From positions 124,001 to 188,000 of the IMG/VR virus record IMGVR_UViG_3300021142_000002: a stretch of DNA of 64,000 nt. One strand, given 5' to 3'. Both the position numbers and the translations under genes were made by a program. The notes below the pieces were generated by a model. It did not search any database. It saw only the letters and a program-made list of their open reading frames with translations, and had not been told where the DNA came from. Of the stretch, positions 28,376 to 36,616 are shown piece by piece. Each line of letters begins with the position of its first letter. The stretch's first letter is position 1.

Positions 28376-28680
28376 TAATTTATCCCCTTTAGCACAGATG
28401 CTTTAAATCTAATTAGTTTAGCGCCTAAAAAATACATTCCGCCAAAACCAGTTACAAAACTTTGTGGTGGAAATTTAAAAAGTGGATAATTTAATTTATT
28501 TCCCTGCCCATAAGTACTTTCATCAACCTGAATAATAGAAATACGTTTAATATTTCTAAAACTGCTAAAAATAAACTTACTTAAATCAGATCCAAAGATC
28601 TGATTAGTTACTTCAATAGTAACTTCTTTACTATCAACAAAAACTTCTTCTTCGAGTGTTATTGCCATTTTGTATTTCAT
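28375..28680 (-). CDS. Hypothetical protein
   Basis: 101-aa ORF, TAATG coupled. Confidence 0.55.
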   Translation of the reverse strand: MKYKMAITLEEEVFVDSKEVTIEVTNQIFGSDLSKFIFSSFRNIKRISIIQVDESTYGQGNKLNYPLFKFPPQSFVTGFGGMYFLGAKLIRFKASVLKGIN

Positions 28681-29900
28681 TAAATTAGCTCCACGCCTGT
28701 ATGTTTAAATTGCCGTTTTAAATCTACTATCTCTTCACTTGTATCAGAGTCAAAATAGCAGATAAAATTATTTCTAATGTAATCTTTCTCCTCTAGCATT
28801 TTCTTTAGTCTATGTGCACTAACGCCCACTGTCTCCACTATCCGCTGCCTAACTTGAGACGAATAGAGTTTTTTCTTTCTCATGTCATAAGCCATTATAC
28901 TTTCAGCATACAGCGATTTCTTTCTAGAAGGCAGTTTTACTTTACCTTTTACAGCTCTTACCATTTTTGATTCAATAAAGATAGCTTTAGCCATATCTAT
29001 CTTATAAACCTGTTTATAAGTCTCTAATCTCTCACCACTACAGTTATTGGTAAAGACAATATAGCCTGAAGAAAAATAATAGTTCCTATATTTAGTAAAC
29101 TTCAAACTACTATAATCCGCATTAACATGTAATGCTAATTCTTTTAAGCAATAAGAAGAATATAATACTTCATTTTTTAAATCAAATAAATAGATTAAAG
29201 GATATAGTCTATTCCATTCTTTTATTTCATTAGACCAATCAGTTTTCTTCTTTTCTAAAGAAATGATATATCCATCTTTAAGGTAGGGTCTGTTATTGGT
29301 TAAAGCACTAGTAAGTACATGACGTTTAAGCTTTAATCTGTTTTCCATTCTAATTAAATGCTTTCCAGAGACTACTCGTTTTGTATAAACATTGTAAATA
29401 TGAATTACACTTTTTCCAGAAATAAATCTCCTTTTTATTTTCTTAGGAAATATATCTATAGTTTTTACATTAACAAAGTCATACTTACTTAAAATGTCTT
29501 TTAATGCATTACTCTCATCATGCGCATAGTAGACGATATAGCCATCTTGTTTATAAACATGGTAAGAAAGGCAAGCAGATACTCTAACAGGATCTATATT
29601 TAATCCTGGTGTCAGGTATCTAATATTAAGACCTCGATAAATTACATTTGCATTATAATCATAAATGCAAATAACTTTCATCTTCTTGCTATATTCTTTC
29701 TTCAGATATTCTATTTCTTCTAAGGATAGACTATCCTTTCTAACGATAAAACCTGTTTGAGAAAAGCCATCATTATTTTTCTCCAATAACTTCATCACCC
29801 CACCATAACTGTACTGGATTATTCTTTTTGTATCCGTTAGATTAACAGTCTTATGGACCTCATTAGTCTTATAATCAACTAATGTAATTTTGTAAGCCAT
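28680..29900 (-). CDS. Protein of about 5 tandem NUMOD1-like DNA-binding modules, no visible nuclease domain
   Basis: Repeated (I/L/A)Y(D/N)....(Y)......(L/V)G(L/V)....L......GY(I/V) units. Confidence 0.55.
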   Translation of the reverse strand: MAYKITLVDYKTNEVHKTVNLTDTKRIIQYSYGGVMKLLEKNNDGFSQTGFIVRKDSLSLEEIEYLKKEYSKKMKVICIYDYNANVIYRGLNIRYLTPGLNIDPVRVSACLSYHVYKQDGYIVYYAHDESNALKDILSKYDFVNVKTIDIFPKKIKRRFISGKSVIHIYNVYTKRVVSGKHLIRMENRLKLKRHVLTSALTNNRPYLKDGYIISLEKKKTDWSNEIKEWNRLYPLIYLFDLKNEVLYSSYCLKELALHVNADYSSLKFTKYRNYYFSSGYIVFTNNCSGERLETYKQVYKIDMAKAIFIESKMVRAVKGKVKLPSRKKSLYAESIMAYDMRKKKLYSSQVRQRIVETVGVSAHRLKKMLEEKDYIRNNFICYFDSDTSEEIVDLKRQFKHTGVELI

Positions 29901-29903
29901 AAC

Positions 29904-30374
29904 TTATTCCTTGTCTAAGATATAGACCCTTTTAGTTTTTAAAGAAATAGATTTTTCTATGTTTAAGATACTTTCATCTTCATCGCCTGGATAAAAAATA
30001 TTAAAGCTAAAAGAGCTATAATGATTATTTAGTAAACATCTACTAATAACAGCATGGGATATCCCAAGTTTTGCAGCTATTAATCTCTGCGATATACCAA
30101 CGTATAATACATTGCTATAGCAATCATAAACATTGATGACCTTATATCTTTCTAGAAAAGCTTTCTTAGCTCTTTCAAAATCTGCTTCAACATCTTTTGA
30201 ATTTTTTACAATTAACCAGCCATTAGCCAAGTAACCAAAATTATTGTATCTTAATACTCTAAATAAAGCGACGTAAGACCTTCTTGTTAGCTTTTCTGTT
30301 TTTACAAGACTAAGTCCATATCTAGTCTGGCGTGCATCAAAAGCACATTTGATTGCATAAACATCTTTACTCAT
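29904..30374 (-). CDS. Protein with 2 NUMOD1-like HTH modules
   Basis: VYDCYSNVLYVGISQRLIAAKLGISHAVISRCL. Confidence 0.55.
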   Translation of the reverse strand: MSKDVYAIKCAFDARQTRYGLSLVKTEKLTRRSYVALFRVLRYNNFGYLANGWLIVKNSKDVEADFERAKKAFLERYKVINVYDCYSNVLYVGISQRLIAAKLGISHAVISRCLLNNHYSSFSFNIFYPGDEDESILNIEKSISLKTKRVYILDKE

Positions 30375-30407
30375 GTTTCATTTCTCCTAAGTAAATTAAT
30401 ATCAATT

Positions 30408-30430
30408 AGATAATGTATATGTTAAAAAAG
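30408..30430 (-). promoter_or_regulatory. Putative early phage promoter
   Basis: Minus strand TTTTTTAACATATACATTATCT. Confidence 0.6.
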
Positions 30431-30442
30431 GTAGAAAACATA

Positions 30443-30476
30443 ATAGATACGGAGTGCCTAGGCACTCCGTATCTAT
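30443..30476. terminator. Perfect 34-bp palindrome
   Basis: ATAGATACGGAGTGCCTAGGCACTCCGTATCTAT. Confidence 0.7.
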
Positions 30477-30479
30477 ACT

Positions 30480-30902
30480 TTAAAGTTTAATACTATTAAG
30501 CCCTTCACCGTATTTATACAATGTTACGCCTTGTTTAATCATTTCACTTACTGGATCTGAAATAAATCTTACACTAACAGGTTTAACAGGTACCTTAGAT
30601 ATAACTTCAAACTTACATAACCTATCATCAGGTTTAAATGTATCTGCGGGCAGTGTATAAAGATAGCCACCGTTTTTATACACCCATTTAAAGGCATTTA
30701 AACATCTTTCCTGCATAAAAGGTTTACCATCATGAGTCCATTGTTTAATAGTATCATCATTCCAGTTACCAGTAAAAGTTAGTGCAGTCCATAATTGAGG
30801 TGATGCAAATACGGCACTTTCACCATTTAAAACTTTAGATTGTCTAGGCTCAAATAGTTCTATCTTGCCATTTGTTGATCCATGATAAACTATTTTAGAC
30901 AT
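30480..30902 (-). CDS. ADP-ribosyltransferase-fold-like protein
   Basis: VYHGS, VFAS, GYLYTL and a late E-V-I-S strand in ART-like order. Confidence 0.45.
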   Translation of the reverse strand: MSKIVYHGSTNGKIELFEPRQSKVLNGESAVFASPQLWTALTFTGNWNDDTIKQWTHDGKPFMQERCLNAFKWVYKNGGYLYTLPADTFKPDDRLCKFEVISKVPVKPVSVRFISDPVSEMIKQGVTLYKYGEGLNSIKL

Positions 30903-30905
30903 AGT

Positions 30906-31661
30906 TTATTTCCAATCAATAGCACGTAGTCCAAAGACTTGTATTTTATGCCAGCCTAATGCATCTTTTACCATAGTAAAACTAGACATATCCGATTCCA
31001 TTCCAGCTACTGGAATAATTAATTTTCTAGTAGCTTCTAGATCCTCAGGTGTAAATTGAAAGCTATCTATAATAGATTCTAATCCTGCAGTTTGGAACTG
31101 ATTAGCTTGTTTAATACCACCTTCATTTACAAAGTCCCATGTCCAGATATCTCTTACTATTTTGGTATACATTCCCTTCATCATAGTATCGGTTGTAACA
31201 CTACGAATAGAGAAAGCTACATTTTCTTCATCATTATTTAAATGATCAGCCAATGTTGGACCATAAGGTCCACAAGGTCTTAACCAGCCTATAGTTAAAA
31301 CAATCTCTTTACCAAACTCATCTTTCCAAGTTTGTAAATCAACTCTTCTAATATGGTGAGATAATAACTTTTCTTCAGTCTTTAGTAGACGAGCAATTAA
31401 TTCAGGTAACTTCATATTAGAGATATCTGGATGCCCATATTCTCCTCTACAAAATCCACCATCAATTCTTCGCCTAACAATACCGCCCTCTTCAAACAAT
31501 TGCTTAACTGCAGGCAGTAGTGGATAAAATGTTCCACTATGATTACAGGTATTAAAGGCACCTAAAATGACTCTATAATAGCCTTTATCATCTGGTCTTA
31601 ATTTGCTACAGGCGTTTAAGCCTGGTTTTGAAAGTGCCTCATATCTGGCGATTATTGCCAT
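30906..31661 (-). CDS. Prohead protease (phiKZ gp175-like)
   Basis: GEYGHP, SHHI, P.GPYG, AFSIRS, TWDFVNEGGI. Confidence 0.88.
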   Translation of the reverse strand: MAIIARYEALSKPGLNACSKLRPDDKGYYRVILGAFNTCNHSGTFYPLLPAVKQLFEEGGIVRRRIDGGFCRGEYGHPDISNMKLPELIARLLKTEEKLLSHHIRRVDLQTWKDEFGKEIVLTIGWLRPCGPYGPTLADHLNNDEENVAFSIRSVTTDTMMKGMYTKIVRDIWTWDFVNEGGIKQANQFQTAGLESIIDSFQFTPEDLEATRKLIIPVAGMESDMSSFTMVKDALGWHKIQVFGLRAIDWK

Positions 31662-31736
31662 AATTAAATCCTCTAATTATTGTAAGTTTCCTCTATATGA
31701 TAAGAAATTAAAGGATTTAAAGGCAAAAAAAAAGGA

Positions 31737-31760
31737 AGGGATAGTATAATAACTATCCCT
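31737..31760 (-). terminator. Hairpin terminator
   Basis: AGGGATAGT-ATAATA-ACTATCCCT with T-run on minus strand. Confidence 0.55.
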
Positions 31761-31846
31761 ACAGGGTTATTTTAGTTTAGCAATTACTTCATCAAATCAG
31801 GCATAACAATCTGATATTTATTTTCATTAAAATAGATCATTATCAC

Positions 31847-32203
31847 TCACCTCTTTTTTCTAGATTGTCTAACCGTCTTGTAACTATGTCGCAGTGTTCG
31901 GTTACTTCCATAGTTGCTCTTTGAGCCTTTTCCAGCTTTGTGAACACCCCTACTATCTCTTTTGATTCTGTTACTACCAGATACACTGGCTTTCCCAATG
32001 GACGTTTCATTATTTTTTCCCTCGCAATATAAATAAAGACTCATTATTAAGTCTTTAGCCTCTTTTCGTTTACCTTCATTAATTTTCTTACTTAAATTAA
32101 CAGCATAGCCATTACATAATGCTGCATTGTAACTAGAGTAAGATACTGTACTGAATATAAATAAACTAATTAATATTAATAGCTTAATCATCTCCACATC
32201 CAA
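31847..32203 (-). CDS. Hypothetical protein with N-terminal signal/TM segment and basic tail
   Basis: KLLILISLFIFSTVSYS N-terminus. Confidence 0.55.
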   Translation of the reverse strand: MDVEMIKLLILISLFIFSTVSYSSYNAALCNGYAVNLSKKINEGKRKEAKDLIMSLYLYCEGKNNETSIGKASVSGSNRIKRDSRGVHKAGKGSKSNYGSNRTLRHSYKTVRQSRKKR

Positions 32204-32553
32204 TCCTTTAAATAATACTTACTTTTAAACAGCCCCTCTCTCCATCTTTCTACTGCGGTAAAGGCATTAAAGTGAGTCAGTAATCTTTTAAAGGCCATTT
32301 CTTCACCGCATAAAACACATTCTGCCCTACCTTCAAATACATAGTGAAATTCATGAGGATTGTACTTTGGTGTACGACAATGGATTTTACAATCCCAGCG
32401 TTTAATACCGTATCTATCTTCATAACTAGATACTCTGTATTTGTGTAAACCAGCTCTGCACAGTAAATTAAACCATTTAATGTTTCCTGGCTTAATTACC
32501 TCGAACTTCCTGTTGGTTGATAAATCTGCCATTGTAGCCCTCCACCTCTTCAT
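32188..32553 (-). CDS. Hypothetical protein
   Basis: LCRAGLHKY..CVLCG pattern. Confidence 0.5.
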   Translation of the reverse strand: MKRWRATMADLSTNRKFEVIKPGNIKWFNLLCRAGLHKYRVSSYEDRYGIKRWDCKIHCRTPKYNPHEFHYVFEGRAECVLCGEEMAFKRLLTHFNAFTAVERWREGLFKSKYYLKDWMWR

Positions 32554-33016
32554 GTTCCATGAACATTAATTTACCAATATTCATTCCATCATAAAATCTT
32601 AAGTTATGATACTGTGCCGCATTCATTAATTCTAATACTAATTTACCAGACCATCCTGGCTGAATTAAAATAGCCGCACCATGATCACTACCGCAGCGCC
32701 CAAGACTACTATCTAGATAAAAGAATCCAGTAATGTTATTTGGAAGACTAATAGTCTCCTTTAATCCACCTAAAGCAAATTGATTTGGTTTTAGAATCAG
32801 ATTTTCTTTAAACAAATCAAATTCTGTTAACTGTAGTTTATCTTTTCCTGGAATAATAGTTTGATGAAAGATATCAGGTACAGTTTCTAAATAGATTAAA
32901 CTATCTAATCTAACATCAACATGTACTGATTTTACTGCATTAGTATCTAATGGTAAACCAGTTACTAAACCAGTATCGACTAAGTTCTTTAATTTCTTTC
33001 CAACTATTAAACTCAC
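32492..33016 (-). CDS. dcd: dCTP deaminase (dUTPase-like fold)
   Basis: VDVRL, LKPNQFALG...E.I.LP..I.G....SSLGR.G......IQPGWSGKLVLEL.N, IG.L.F. Confidence 0.82.
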   Translation of the reverse strand: MSLIVGKKLKNLVDTGLVTGLPLDTNAVKSVHVDVRLDSLIYLETVPDIFHQTIIPGKDKLQLTEFDLFKENLILKPNQFALGGLKETISLPNNITGFFYLDSSLGRCGSDHGAAILIQPGWSGKLVLELMNAAQYHNLRFYDGMNIGKLMFMEHEEVEGYNGRFINQQEVRGN

Positions 33017-33807
33017 TATTTTTTCTCCGCGTTAACATACTTCATTTTTGTATGTGGTTTTTCACTTTCAAAGTTATACAGAATACTTACCATATCTTCA
33101 TTGGTAACAATAATGTTAGTCAAATCTTTAGGTATGTAATTGAGTATTTTTAATACTCCATTAATCATATCCAAATCTAATTCCTTTCTGGATACTAATT
33201 CATCTAGTAACCTATCTTGATAAGTTAAATAGTTATCAATGTGTTTATAAATATCATAACAATCTATTGCCTTTGGTGATAAATTATTAAAATTAGCCAC
33301 TAAAGATCTGCCTAGTCGTACTAAATTCCATGTATTATTAGACATTGTCCCATAGGGAATAGCGGTAGTGCTAAAGATAGCCTTTCTAAGGCAATGTAAT
33401 TGCGCTGGCATCATTTTTCTGATAATGTTACGATACACTATCTCGGCCATTAAAAGCTCTCTAGTAGACACTGGGTAAGCTTCTATGGCATGATCCATTA
33501 CTATCTTTAATTGAGGATAATAATCTGGCAATGTAAATCCATCTTTACCAATATCTACAGATAAAGATAATATTTCGCCTCGCAATATCCCTAAACGATT
33601 AAGTACCTTATTTGCAAATACTTTTCTATCAGGAAAGCATAAATGATACGCTTCAATAATAGCTTCATTAGATACAGTATAACCTTCTTTTAGACTCTTT
33701 ACAATGCTTTCAGCTTCTTGTGGAATCTCTTTATTCTTTTTAGCAAGAACCCCTACTGCAGCTATTAGTTTCCATCTAGCGACATTTGTTTTAACACTGG
33801 TTTTCAT
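33016..33807 (-). CDS. Hypothetical protein
   Basis: 263-aa ORF with AGGAG RBS. Confidence 0.65.
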   Translation of the reverse strand: MKTSVKTNVARWKLIAAVGVLAKKNKEIPQEAESIVKSLKEGYTVSNEAIIEAYHLCFPDRKVFANKVLNRLGILRGEILSLSVDIGKDGFTLPDYYPQLKIVMDHAIEAYPVSTRELLMAEIVYRNIIRKMMPAQLHCLRKAIFSTTAIPYGTMSNNTWNLVRLGRSLVANFNNLSPKAIDCYDIYKHIDNYLTYQDRLLDELVSRKELDLDMINGVLKILNYIPKDLTNIIVTNEDMVSILYNFESEKPHTKMKYVNAEKK

Positions 33808-34094
33808 TTGTTTCTCCTAACGATAAAAATTGAACTCGGATAACAATCTCTTATCCAAGATAAATAAGTTTCTTTATTAGTTCTAAGGTCAATAATCATT
33901 TTAGAACTTTTATTAGTTTTAATAGTAAAGAAAAAACCTTCTTTATGAAGATTATCTACCATTAAATATAGTTTTAGAATAGCTCTCCCTCGTTTTAAAA
34001 TAGTTTGTCTATCCTTTGGCAAACTATCTATTTGCTTAATTAAAGAAACTTGCTTAATGAGTTCCTTAGCAATTAACCCTGTATTAACAGACAT
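33804..34094 (-). CDS. Hypothetical basic protein
   Basis: 96-aa ORF. Confidence 0.5.
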   Translation of the reverse strand: MSVNTGLIAKELIKQVSLIKQIDSLPKDRQTILKRGRAILKLYLMVDNLHKEGFFFTIKTNKSSKMIIDLRTNKETYLSWIRDCYPSSIFIVRRNK

Positions 34095-34377
34095 TACTAT
34101 TAATTTTCCTTTTAAAGATCTCTGCTTCTTTAACTACATCTCCTTTATGTAATTTAATAGACCACCCATTTTCTTGACATCTATAAAGATAAATGGCTAT
34201 TTTAATACATCGGCTAATAATAGATGCTCTATTAGGATAGGTAGCTTTTGGATCTTGCTTTTGTAGGCTTAGCATAAATCCATCTAAGGTATCTATTAAT
34301 TTTGGATCTTTAAAACAGACATCTACTCTGTGCCTATTCCTTTCTAATCCTTTATTTTCTATTGCTCTTAGTCCCAT
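34084..34377 (-). CDS. Possible ribbon-helix-helix protein
   Basis: RVDVCF.DP.LID.LD.....NRASIISRCI. Confidence 0.45.
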   Translation of the reverse strand: MGLRAIENKGLERNRHRVDVCFKDPKLIDTLDGFMLSLQKQDPKATYPNRASIISRCIKIAIYLYRCQENGWSIKLHKGDVVKEAEIFKRKINSNVC

Positions 34378-34408
34378 TATTATTCTCCTAAATTTTTACA
34401 AATAAAAA

Positions 34409-34436
34409 AGAGATAGCAGGATATCCTGCTATCTCT
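34409..34436. terminator. Perfect 28-bp palindrome
   Basis: AGAGATAGCAGGATATCCTGCTATCTCT. Confidence 0.7.
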
Positions 34437-34445
34437 AGTTATTAC

Positions 34446-34739
34446 TTATTTAAAGTTTTTCTTATTATAATGTTCACCCTCAATGTCTTCAATTACTGAT
34501 AGTTTAGAAATATCACATTTCTGCGCATACAGCTGAATACTGTCTTCAGTTTCAGTCTTTACTTCAACTGACCCATGATACACAACTTTAAATACCATTG
34601 TTTTGCTTTCAGTCATAAATCGGTTTACTACTTTACCGATAGCGCCTAAATGCTTAGTTTCTAGAGATATTACAGTATCTCCAATATCAAATCTAAAGTC
34701 CTTGAAGAACTCCTCATGATTAAGACTCTTAATTTTCAT
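34446..34739 (-). CDS. SH3-like hypothetical protein
   Basis: FRFDIGDTV......GAIGKVV. Confidence 0.55.
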   Translation of the reverse strand: MKIKSLNHEEFFKDFRFDIGDTVISLETKHLGAIGKVVNRFMTESKTMVFKVVYHGSVEVKTETEDSIQLYAQKCDISKLSVIEDIEGEHYNKKNFK

Positions 34740-34812
34740 TGTTCTCCTCGTAAATTCTATCCATTTTGCCTCTCCTTTATTGGATTAAAGGTGTTAGTTA
34801 TTAACACCTAAT

Positions 34813-34838
34813 AGATAATATAAATATTAAAAAATATA
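34813..34838 (-). promoter_or_regulatory. Putative early phage promoter
   Basis: Minus strand TTTTTTAATATTTATATTATCT. Confidence 0.5.
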
Positions 34839-34865
34839 GAATAATAAAAAAAAATAAAAAATGAT

Positions 34866-34901
34866 GTATGGAAATGAGAGCTATAGCTCTCATTTCCATA
34901 C
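34866..34901. terminator. Perfect 36-bp palindrome
   Basis: GTATGGAAATGAGAGCTATAGCTCTCATTTCCATAC. Confidence 0.7.
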
Positions 34902-34908
34902 GATTGGA

Positions 34909-35415
34909 CTATGCCGTCCAATCGTTATCATCTTCTTTAACCTGATCTTCCTCCTCCACTGGGAAGATCAGGTCCCAGTGGGGTTCTTCAAGTAATACTG
35001 GGCGTGGCTTTGTCACGTATTCGCAGTCGCTTAATGCGACTATTCCGGTCCATTGACCGGATTCCCCCCGGTAATCGGGGTCAGTATACTTCCCCATAAC
35101 AATGGGGTGACGGCCATCGTCATGGTCATTTTTGCACATTGTGACTCCCTTCACAATGAACTTATGCCCCTTGGGGCAATATAACATCTGTCCCTCAAAG
35201 GCCGTTAGAGACCATATGGCCTCTATGTCTCTTAATAGATCTAAAATTGGTTGCAACTGCCCTTCTGGGCAGCTGAAAGCAGCGGATATTACTATCCGCT
35301 GCATGTTCTCTATATAGAGCAGCATCCATCTGGGGGTGCTCTCTTCCTCATACTCGTGCGAGTATGTGGCAACAAACTCATTAACCATTTGCATCAAAAT
35401 TTCAAAAATGTTCAT
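34909..35415 (-). CDS. GC-rich orphan protein behind cassette copy 3
   Basis: 168 aa, acidic, GCAGGAGA RBS. Confidence 0.75.
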   Translation of the reverse strand: MNIFEILMQMVNEFVATYSHEYEEESTPRWMLLYIENMQRIVISAAFSCPEGQLQPILDLLRDIEAIWSLTAFEGQMLYCPKGHKFIVKGVTMCKNDHDDGRHPIVMGKYTDPDYRGESGQWTGIVALSDCEYVTKPRPVLLEEPHWDLIFPVEEEDQVKEDDNDWTA

Positions 35416-35520
35416 ATCAAATCTCCTGCCTCTATGAGGACTTTAAAAGTTATAGTAAGTTGGATTACTTATATAAGTTAATCCATTAAAATAATATATA
35501 CATGAAATTTTTTTTTGAAT
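35413..35520 (-). repeat. Diverged promoter-hairpin-RBS cassette, copy 3
   Basis: Shares CATATCAAATCTCCTGCCTCT, TTGGATTAC and TATATACATGAAA with copy 2. Confidence 0.75.
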
Positions 35521-35548
35521 CCATTTTTAGATAAAAAAAAAGAAATAA

Positions 35549-35586
35549 TATACAGGGATGAGGATTATAATCCTCATCCCTGTATA
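35549..35586. terminator. Perfect 38-bp palindrome
   Basis: TATACAGGGATGAGGATTATAATCCTCATCCCTGTATA. Confidence 0.7.
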
Positions 35587-35599
35587 ATTAATTAAATTA

Positions 35600-35881
35600 T
35601 TATTTTACATCAGCACTATTATCTGCAGGTACGGTAGTATCAGTTACTGCAGGAGTGGGTTCTGTCGATTCTTTAATTTTCAGGCCAGCACCGACTGCAG
35701 TTAAGAATGCGCCTGCTGCGCCTAAAAAGTTCCATACGTCAAAATGTTGACTAGTATAAACATTGTAGCCTTCATAAATGATCGCTGCAAAGGAAAACAA
35801 TAAAGCCAACCACTTTACTAGGTCATGTGTTTCATTATCTTTGCCAGTTAATATATGGCTAATTGGATGATTTTTATCCAT
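35600..35881 (-). CDS. Small 2-TM membrane protein, holin candidate
   Basis: LTGKDNET.D..., two hydrophobic helices, K..TEP tail. Confidence 0.5.
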   Translation of the reverse strand: MDKNHPISHILTGKDNETHDLVKWLALLFSFAAIIYEGYNVYTSQHFDVWNFLGAAGAFLTAVGAGLKIKESTEPTPAVTDTTVPADNSADVK

Positions 35882-35890
35882 AATTAATTC

Positions 35891-36613
35891 CTATTGTCTT
35901 AAGATGTCTTCAATAGATTCATTTCTTTCACTCTTATTAACTAAGGCTGATGTTAAACCTTCATTAAAATGAGCACCTAGTAACTTAGCAGTGGTATTAC
36001 TACTTTGATAAGCTACGGATTTTAATGGTACAAAGATAGGTTTAATTTTGCTATGAGGATCATTAAGTCTTGGATCGTGTCTAAAGAATTTAGCCCTATC
36101 TTCTTTTTGTCTGCACATAGCCACAGTTAATAATTCTAGTAGTGCAGCATCAGCACCTAATTTAGCATTACCATGACTTAATGCAGTTTCAAATAAAACT
36201 GCATGATCTTCCATAGTAATGTACCAAGGCACTTTACCTTTAGAAATAATCTCATTATAAATACGATATACTAAGGTACCAATTCTAATGAGATTAAGAT
36301 TCTTAATAATGGTATCGCCTGCAATAAAACCAAACTCTAAATATTTCTCACCATGGATATCCACTGTATTGGTAGTACTTGGTTTAATTTCCATTAAGGT
36401 ACAAGCATTACTAGTTGCATAATACTTGTCATCAACCGTCATACCGAAGATACCTACAATTCTAATAACATCATCAATGGTACATAGACTAGCACTTGTA
36501 TAATGTTCAGGAATATATATCTTACAAGGATGAACAGCTACTAATGAATCACCTACTTCTTTACAAGCAGCATGAACTTTAGCAGCATCTCGAATTAAGT
36601 GATTAACATTCAT
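35891..36613 (-). CDS. Conserved phiKZ gp176-like protein (candidate vRNAP-associated)
   Basis: IYIPEHY, IYNEIISKGKVPWY, TTAKL.G.HF.EGL.SAL; synteny with protease and vRNAP. Confidence 0.6.
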   Translation of the reverse strand: MNVNHLIRDAAKVHAACKEVGDSLVAVHPCKIYIPEHYTSASLCTIDDVIRIVGIFGMTVDDKYYATSNACTLMEIKPSTTNTVDIHGEKYLEFGFIAGDTIIKNLNLIRIGTLVYRIYNEIISKGKVPWYITMEDHAVLFETALSHGNAKLGADAALLELLTVAMCRQKEDRAKFFRHDPRLNDPHSKIKPIFVPLKSVAYQSSNTTAKLLGAHFNEGLTSALVNKSERNESIEDILRQ

Positions 36614-36616
36614 CGT

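Noticed and set aside
14661-35586. True integron (attC array)
   Set aside because: No tyrosine integrase in the window; the palindromes are perfect and lack attC RYYYAAC/GTTRRRY boxes and extrahelical bases.
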